Of a stretch of DNA of 64,000 bases, positions 56,541 through 64,000 are shown piece after piece (positions within the stretch are counted from its first letter, which is position 1; the number at the start of each line of letters is the position of its first letter). The translations under genes and the position numbers were made by a program. The notes beneath the pieces were generated by a model. The model worked only from the letters and a program-made list of their open reading frames with translations. It did not search any database and had not been told where the DNA came from. Location: assembly GCA_001179505.1 (NCBI GenBank), contig CDMY01000255.1, positions 372,001 through 436,000 on the forward strand. Direction: 5' to 3'. The DNA is from Vitrella brassicaformis CCMP3155. Its lineage: Eukaryota; Protista; Chromerida.

Positions 56541-57231
56541 GTGGCTGGATGGCTATGGGTGCGGTCAAAGGTTCTTCTGCCCCTGGGTGCATGGTGTGCG
56601 CTTGCATCTTTCTTCACGTGTGTGGTTTGCGTGGTGTTTTGTCTTCTTCATTTGTTAGCCAACCAACATACATACGACGGTCTCATTTGTTCATGTCTGT
56701 ACTCACAGACCCCCACGCAACATGTATGTCATGTCTGTGTGTGTGTGTGTCACTCGTCACCGGACTTGACCCCACCCATCCCCTCTTCATTCATTCATTC
56801 GCTGCAATAGCAACATACATACGTGCGCACGTCACGTACTGACTCAATTCGAAGCATCCACCGATGGCTCGAGAGAAGATAAGAACCCACCCAGCTGCCC
56901 CTTAGAACTGCGTACCGTCCGTCTTTCCCTTCGCCTCTCCCTCCCTCTATTGTACATACTCATCATCAACCACTGGCCGGCCAGCGATGCCCAGTTTCGG
57001 TGCCGTCGCTGGCTGGTCAGCTACACTAGCTAGGTAGCTAGCTTGTCATCCTTCACATCACACTATGGCACATGGCTGGCTGCCCGCGATAAGCAGCCTT
57101 CTTCCCGTCAAGGCATAAGTCAGGCAGTCAGTCAGTCAATATGTATGGAAGATCAGAGAGCGACTCCACTCCAATTGCACTGCACTCACAAAAAGAGCAA
57201 AATTGCGTGACCAGCCTATCCACCCCCGGAG

Positions 57232-59199
57232 TCACTGAGCAATGGTTGTGTTGATCTGTGCCAGCAGAGCCGCCGCCTCGGTGATGAGAGCCGACGGGGA
57301 CTCCCCCTCCCCTCCCTCCCCGCCCTCACCACCCTCATTGGACTGACGCACCAGCGACCGCAGGTCGTGCCGTGCTCGAGCCAAGTTCCTCATTGCCAGG
57401 TAGCTCCTGCCTCGGTGGAACAAGGCCTTCGGGTGTCTTGGCTTGAGCGAGAGGGCCAGGTGTGACGCCCTGAGGGCCTCGCTCGTCCGGCCGAGCTTCA
57501 GGTAGCAGGCCGCCATGTTGGAGAGGAGCTTGGCTCTCTGCTCGGCTGGTGTTGTTGACGAGGGTGAGTAGAGGAGGTCCAGCAGAGAGAGGGCCTCGGT
57601 GTAGCAGGCGAGAGCGAGCCGCTGCTGGTTCTGCTGGAAGTGCACATTGCCCTCCTGCTTGATCTCGTCCACCAGGCTCGCCAGCAGCTGCCGCCCAGAC
57701 GGCACCACGTCGCGGAGCAGGTGCTTCAGGGTGTCGATCTTGTGGACCAGCTGGTTGGTCGACGAGGCGTGTGGGAAGGCCGCCCCGTCTTCATAGCGAT
57801 CAATGCAGTGGTTGGCCCCCCCCTCTGCGCCATACACCGGCAGTGGGGCCACATGCGCCACCCCACCCCTCGGCCGCCTCGGCAGCAAAGCCCTGAGCTC
57901 GATGCCCTCCCTCGCCAGCCGCTGGCGCAGCACGTTGGTGGCCACCTTCCTCCATGCGCAGCTGCAGAGGCGCATCGTCCGAACCGACGACGAGCCCATG
58001 TAGTCCATCACCTTCAGGACCACCTCGATGGGCACCCGGTCGCAGGAAAGCCGAATGTCCCGCATATGGTGGTCGGCGTCGTAGGGGCTCACATGCTGCT
58101 GCTGCTGGTGGTGGTGGTGGTCGGAGACAGACGCTGGCGAGCAGAGGGAGGGCCCCCAGACGGAAATGGCGCGGTCGCCGATGCCGATTGACGCTGGGGT
58201 GAGGTCGTCCCCTCCCCCACATGTGGAGGGGAGGGCAGGCAGACCCGTCCGACAGGGGGGCGGCGGGGCGCTCAGCGCGCGATGGAAGTGGTGATGATGG
58301 TGGCCGGGGGTGGTGGTTGTCGATGATTCGTCGTCGTCTCCGTAGCTGTTACTGTCGTCTTGCTGCTCCTGCTGCCGTCGTCGGCGGCTGCGGGGGGTGG
58401 GCTCATTGCTGGATGAGCCGCCGAGGCCGAGGACCGCATGGATGACGCGGTCAAGGCGACACGCCTGCCGCTCGATGCGCTGACGCTGATGACATCACAC
58501 ACACACATCCAAAGGAGTGTTCCTTCCTCGGCGAGTCTTTCGCTGCCGCATTGCATTCCGCTGACCCACCTGCATGACGAGGTACTTGGTCAAATCTCCA
58601 AAACCGGTAGCCCACACGGACCGCCCAATCTGCTTGTACCCAATGCGGAGATCGCCCGATGACCCCCCACCGCCAGACGCCGACCGATGATGAGTGGACT
58701 TCATCTCGACAGTGAAGACGCACGGCACACAGACAGACGTGGGCGTCACCAGGCCCAGCTGATGACAGAGGGAGCCCTGGTCCTGGGCGACCAGTGTGCG
58801 GTGGCTGCCGCCGCATGCCGACTTCTGCAGCTGCCGCAGGGTGTGGATGTCCTGCCGCCCGATGACGAGGACGGGCAAGTCCTGGTACATCAAGCGGACG
58901 TAGTCGGCCCTGTTGTCGAGCTGCAGGGCGGCGAGCTCTCTCTGACAGCTCCTGGGGAGGTACTTGCACTTGAGCCGCTCCCTCCCACACGCCGCCAGGC
59001 CGCGAAGGAGGTCTGTGCAGGGCTGCTGCACCTCGACGTCGTCTCGCTTGCTGCTGAAGAGGACGACCACCACCATCTCGCTGCTCCGGCAATAGCTGGG
59101 GCTGCGGAGGTTTACCTTACGGTCATCGACACACACCAGCACACGGTCCGGAAAGCGCACAGCCTCCCCAAGAGGCTGGGCCACAGCAGCAAGTGCCAT
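57232..59199 (-). CDS. F-box + TPR protein with an N-terminal globular domain (ORF could extend to an ATG at 59457)
   Basis: F-box-like VPIEVVLKVMDYM..MRLCSCAW. FKBP-type TPRs IKQEGNVHF..YTEAL, LLSNMAACYLKLG and KALFHRGRSY. Upstream exon joins at LVMQ|RQRIER (intron about 58570-58487). Confidence 0.7.
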
Positions 59200-59471
59200 G
59201 GGATCCTGCCTTTCGTCCCCTTCGGCTTTGCTGGTCAGCTCACCCGTACAGCGCTTTTGACAGTGACGTTTGCCGGCAGCCTCTCGTGGTAGAAGGGGAA
59301 GAGTTCCTTCCCTCTTGGCTTTGGAAGGAGCGGTTTCACGGAATCTCCCGGCGAGCTTGCCTCCGAAGTGATAAGCATGCGATACGTTCATTCGTTCGTT
59401 AACGGACACCGAGGTCCCGGCCCCTGCAAATGCTGTGTCCATGAAAGCGTTTGTCATACGTGAATTGAGAG

Positions 59472-61825
59472 ATGACGGCCACCGTGCGAGCGTTGGGTGT
59501 TGTGACAGCCTTCATGGCGGGTGTGCTCGTGTCCCTCCAGCTCTCGACGAGTAGCAGGATCAGCAAGGTGGTCGGCAGCCCCGTGTATGTGTCAACAAGC
59601 AGGTCAAGAAGGAAGAAGTCACAAAGCACACAGGCATTCATCTCGCCAGCCAACATAGAATTGATGACCCCTGTGTGTGTGAATGAATGTGCATCGCATC
59701 GCATCCACCGTGCAGCTATACTTTCTCCTTGCTGATACTGGGTGGGATGGCGGTCTCGCAGGTAGGTGTGTATGCCCATGCAGCACACACACACACACAC
59801 ACATCTACATGGTATGCCGTGTGTGCACTGCAGAGGAGTCCATGGCACCTGGCCAGCGTCCGCCCAGCCTACCTGATCGGCGGCTTCCTTGTGTCCCTGT
59901 CATTCCTGTCAATACCTGCCGCGCCGCACCTCGGTGAGTGCCGCGCACATGCGATGGATGGATGGATGGAGGTTCTTTGTCTGTGCGTGCAGGTGTGGAG
60001 CTGGTGATGATTGTGATGACGGCAGGCGAGATGCTTGGCGCGCTCGTCATCGACCGCGTGGCGCTGGGCATCACGTCACTGGGTACTGTCATGGCGGCAG
60101 TGATCGCCTCCGTCGGGGCGTCTGTGTCGTTCGAGGTCTCTGTGGACGAAGACATTCTTGTGGTGGCTGCATACGTTGCACTCATGTTCGGTACGTACGC
60201 CACACACACATCTGAGAACGTGCAAAGAGTTCGTTTGGTCTGTGTGTGGTCCGTGCAATGCAATGCATGGTTCACTCGTCGTTCGTTCAGGTGTGGGCAC
60301 TTTGTTCCCTCTATTGAGTTTCCTCAACACCGAGCTGTCCAGGCAAACCCACAGCGGCGTCAAGGTGCGTCAGACACAGACAGACACGCAACGGAGGAAT
60401 CGTTCAACATCGATGCACGAGTGTGTGTGTCCCTCTGCGAGCGCAGGCGGCCTTTTTGTCCTCTTGTGTGACAACGATTACGATGTTCGGTCTGTCCACA
60501 TTTGTGTGGCTGGCCTTCCACCAGCACTTCACGCCGCGGCTCAATCAGTGGTGGCTGTGGCTCATTGACGGCGGATGCTGCGCATTCTACGTCTTCACCA
60601 TCACTTTAGTGCCCAAAAGGATCGGCTTCGCGCCGTGCTTCATTCTGATCGTCCTTGGGTGAGCAGCAGAAGGCGATAGCAATAGCGCACACAACACAAT
60701 AGATATATATATATGGGCCATGCATCAACGCAACGCCTCCTTGTTGTCTGCAGGAAAATGGTTGGTGGTCTAATCTGCGACACTTACGGCATCCTCGTGA
60801 AGCCGCAGGCCATCACTCCCAGGCGCATCTTGGGTGTCATCCTGGTCACGGCCGGTGCCTGCATCTACAAGCTCGAGTGGTCCCACCTCAACCTGGTCGA
60901 CCCACTGGGCCTCCTGTCCACCCCCCCACCAGCCCGCCAGCCACGCATCAATGACGGCGACACTGACGACGGCAGCGGCAGTCCGACAGCCGAGTGTGCT
61001 AGCGAAGGGTCCGCCAAGCGGGGCCTGGCTGACCGCTCCGACGCCAACACGACCCATGGCGGCATGACGGATGATTCGCCGCTGTCGAGCTCTAGTTGCA
61101 TGCGGCTCAACGGGGAGGGCATGCACATTATCGAGAACGACAGTGGGCCGAGGGCTGCAGATGAAGATGCCACGACAGATGGGGGGGCGAGGAGGCCGCC
61201 GTCATCATCATCGTCAGCAGGAATAGTGTCGATGGTCATGATGTGGGGAAGGAGTCGAAGGACAAACAAAATGGCTGCTGCAAGCGGCGAATCAGATGTG
61301 GGCCAGGCCAGCCAGCACACCAACGTGTTGGCGAAGGAGATCCCACCCAGCTACCCGCACCCACACATCAAGCTTCTGAGGTCGCAGCATGGAGAGGGGG
61401 CCGAGACCCAGCAGCTGCTGGCCGCGCCGACTTGCCTCTCTCCGATGGTCCACAGGACTCGTAGGAACCGAGGGCAGCACTCCCCCTATTCCCACTCGCC
61501 AGCCTCTTCCCTCTCGCCATCCCCCCGGTCGGGGCGCAAGGCGCTCAGTGACGGAGGCTCCTCTCCCTTCCACTCGCCCGACTCACCGATGTCTCTTCTC
61601 GACGAGTCAACCGATGGCTGGCAGCCTCAAGACAGCGACAGCGACGCCAAGGCGGCAAGCGGCAAGCCATTTTCGCGCCTGCTGCTGCTGCCCCCAAAGG
61701 ATAGAGAGAGGGAAGGTATGTTGGAGCAGGGGCGGAAGGGGACTGGGAAAGGCTCGCCATTGTGGCGTTCGCCGCCCTTGCGTGTGCTGGTGGATGTGGG
61801 CGATCGGGGGGACGCGAGCGAATGA
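59472..61825 (+). CDS. DMT superfamily transporter, YdcZ/DUF606-like, two tandem repeats plus a long disordered C-terminal tail
   Basis: AGVLVSLQ, YLIGG..PHLG..GEMLGALVID (repeat 1); N..LS, WWLWLIDGG..FY..LVPKRIG..VLGKMVGGLICDTYG..PRRILGVILVTAG (repeat 2). Confidence 0.7.
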
Positions 61826-62127
61826 TGGCAATGCATGTGCATCGAAAGGTCGACATGCTGTGTGTGTCGTTTATCTGGTTTGACGTGTGGATGTTGGTGT
61901 AGCTGGTGTTCTTGCCTGCTCGTATCTGTCAGTCGTCACGCGTCTGACCATTGTGATATGTAGAGAGCTTGAGATGCGTCTTGGGGGGTGGGTGTCTACG
62001 GTAGCCATGCAGTGCAGGCAGCATATGCATGCGCTTCTCAGAGTGTCTCGGACTTTCTCGGGATCAGTAGTTGCGATCAAGTCTCTTGCTTACACAGAAA
62101 CTCTCCGCTGGCGTTGACTCAATCAAA

Positions 62128-63738
62128 TCATTCTTGTGGGAGGAATTCCCTCAGAGTGATCCTCAGCTCCTTCGGAGCCTCCTCGAGAGGAGTCCGCCCA
62201 TCCTAACCGAAAAACAACACACACAGGGGACCAGCTACACACACACCAGCCACCACCTTCTCATGCCATGCCGTCCTCACGCACTTTGTTTTTCCAAGTG
62301 AGTAGCTCTGGTTTGCGCTTGCAGATGAGGATGCAGATGGACGTGTACTGACCATTCTGAACACAGGTGCCGTACCAAGGCACACAGTCATTTACGTGGC
62401 CTGTCCCCGTGGTGCTCGTGCATACCACGGCCATGTGCAGTGCATTCTCGCCAGTTGACTTTTCCTCAAACTGATCAGCGATAAAGAGAAGAGAGCAGGG
62501 ATGCAGGCAGACGCATGTGAGTGTGGTGGTGTTTCTCTTTTCCTCTTCCTTTGTCTGTGTTTACCTACCGTGAGGTCAGCTCCCTCGTCGATGAGCATCT
62601 GTGCGATGGCCTCGTGACCCGCAGCACACGCCTTCATCAGAGCACTCGCCTACATTACATACATGCCCACACACACATCGGCGCGTGTGTGGATGCACTC
62701 ACTCAATCATCTGTGTACGGAGCGGGTCGTATATAGAGCTGGAATGCCTACCCCATATTTGTCTCGTGCATTGATGGGCGCCTTGGCATTCAGGAGGGCC
62801 CGCACAACCTGCACTTTGCCTTCGCACACACACACACACACACACGCGCACAAGGAGTGTACAAGGAGTGTCCACTTAGCTGCAGGTGGGCCCAATGACT
62901 GACCTTTGCCAGCCGCCGAGTGCAGCGCTGTGGCATTCGAAGACGTTCGCGCATCGATCTGCAGCAACCACACACATGGATAGAGATGGATGACACACAA
63001 AGAACACACTCCAGCGCCCTGGTTGCGTCACCTTTGCGCCGTGCTTGATGAGCAGGTCTACAGTGCTGGAATGGCCAGCCGACGACGCCAAATGAAGACT
63101 CGTCCATCCCTGCATTCCAGGGCAGCCACAAACACCATCACACCTTCATCTGCCCACTCACTTACGCAGTCGTCCGTTTGGTTGATATTCGCCCCTTTGT
63201 CGAGCAAGAACTGAACCTGCACCAGCCACCAAACAAGCCGACCTTTGTCAGCCAGCCCCGTGCGTGTGTCTTCAAAGTGATGCTCCTCGACTGACCACAG
63301 CATCCCGCCCACCCCCGCTGCCCCTGAGAGGCAGTAAGCCATGCAGGCGGCACAAGCACACGGCATCCAGTCACAACCAGACAAATGCTCTGCAGGTGTG
63401 TACCTACCAGTGTAGTGCTGTTCTGTCGTCTGAGTCCTTCTTGTTGAGCAGCGAGGGGTCTTCACCGTAAAGCTCTGACCACACAAAGGGCCAGACAGAG
63501 ATGCGCATCAAGCACCCTGCCCTCGTGTGAAGGCGACACTTACTCTCTATGCGGTCAACGCTGCCGTCTTGCTGCGGCAGTCGAATACACACAGACACAC
63601 ACACAACAGAGAGAGAGATCAGCGCAGTGATCTCGCTCCAAATCCACTCGTCGCTGCTGTCCTGTGTCGTTTGGTGCCTACCGCAGCGTCCACAAATGTC
63701 TGTACAGGGTCCTTCGCAGCACCAGGCCTCTGCTCCAT
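62128..63738 (-). CDS. PSMD10: Gankyrin / 26S proteasome assembly chaperone PSMD10 (Nas6)-like ankyrin protein
   Basis: Spliced DPSLLNKKDSDDRTALHW, DDCGWTSLHLASSAG, NATALHSAAGKG, ARDKY, GENALHMA and KNKDGRTPL align register by register with gankyrin (recalled sequence, not a database search). Confidence 0.7.
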
Positions 63739-63786
63739 CGGAACACCTCCCAAAACAGACCGAAAATCGGCAGGTTTCGCAGTGAA

Positions 63787-64000
63787 ATGGCTGCCAATGC
63801 CCTGCAAGCCTCACTCAGGCAACAGCGTCGGAAACTGGGCTTGCTGATGGATTCGATCCAATCCACTAAGCTCGCAGAGGAAGAGGAGAGAAAAAGGGGA
63901 GCGGACGATGACACGAAGACCTCTTGAGATGTGCTGATGAAGATCCTCAGCTCAAAAACATGATTGCTCGGCGCTGCTTTCGCGCCAAGCGGCAGCTGCT
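63787..64000 (+). other. Possible start of a further gene (short ORF MAANALQASLRQQRRK...), unresolved at the window edge
   Basis: A 46-codon ORF at 63787-63927 and a second open frame running to the window end; no clean splice joins them. Confidence 0.2.
63869..63876. promoter_or_regulatory. AGCTCGCA motif 130 bp upstream of the gankyrin ATG
   Basis: Exact octamer. Confidence 0.45.

Noticed and set aside
57640-59292. Plus-strand ORFs 57640-58191 and 58687-59292
   Set aside because: Antisense to the F-box-TPR coding frame; typical GC3-driven shadow ORFs.
23520-63738. Proteostasis gene cluster (tail-anchored TPR, F-box-TPR, gankyrin)
   Set aside because: The genes are spread over 40 kb among unrelated genes; there is no evidence of linkage beyond chance.

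Overview
Eukaryotic, GC-rich, very intron-dense genomic DNA. Introns are short GT-AG and packed with (CA/TG)n, (CAGA/TCTG)n and (GGAT)n microsatellites. This style fits a chromerid alveolate such as Vitrella brassicaformis (inference from sequence style only). I spliced about 17 protein-coding genes by eye, so exon boundaries are approximate: a 5'-truncated protein-only RNase P (PRORP); a prolyl-4-hydroxylase-like and a PhyH-like 2OG-Fe(II) dioxygenase, head-to-head; a membrane-anchored GH16 whose catalytic acid/base Glu is Gln; an ABCC/MRP transporter; a mitochondrial 3-hydroxyacyl-CoA dehydrogenase; a tail-anchored TPR co-chaperone receptor; a GT34-like glycosyltransferase; a 16-kb giant surface receptor gene (RCC1-like repeats, Ig/FN3, about 20 Myxococcus-type Cys-rich repeats, REJ, EGF, GAIN/GPS, multi-TM); a small secreted Tyr-rich repeat protein; an MFS sugar-porter; a Ygr210-type Obg GTPase; a candidate PP1-docking protein; an ankyrin protein; an F-box+TPR protein; a duplicated YdcZ/DUF606-type DMT transporter; and a gankyrin (PSMD10) homologue. 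There is one 300-N assembly gap. No rRNA, tRNA, CRISPR array or transposon was recognised. The most notable signals are: (i) the giant polycystin-1/adhesion-receptor-like mosaic; (ii) the octamer AGCTCGCA, which recurs at the tightly spaced head-to-head gene starts (candidate bidirectional-promoter element); (iii) the pseudo-enzyme GH16 receptor; (iv) the F-box-TPR fusion; (v) mutually complementary microsatellites at opposite ends of introns.
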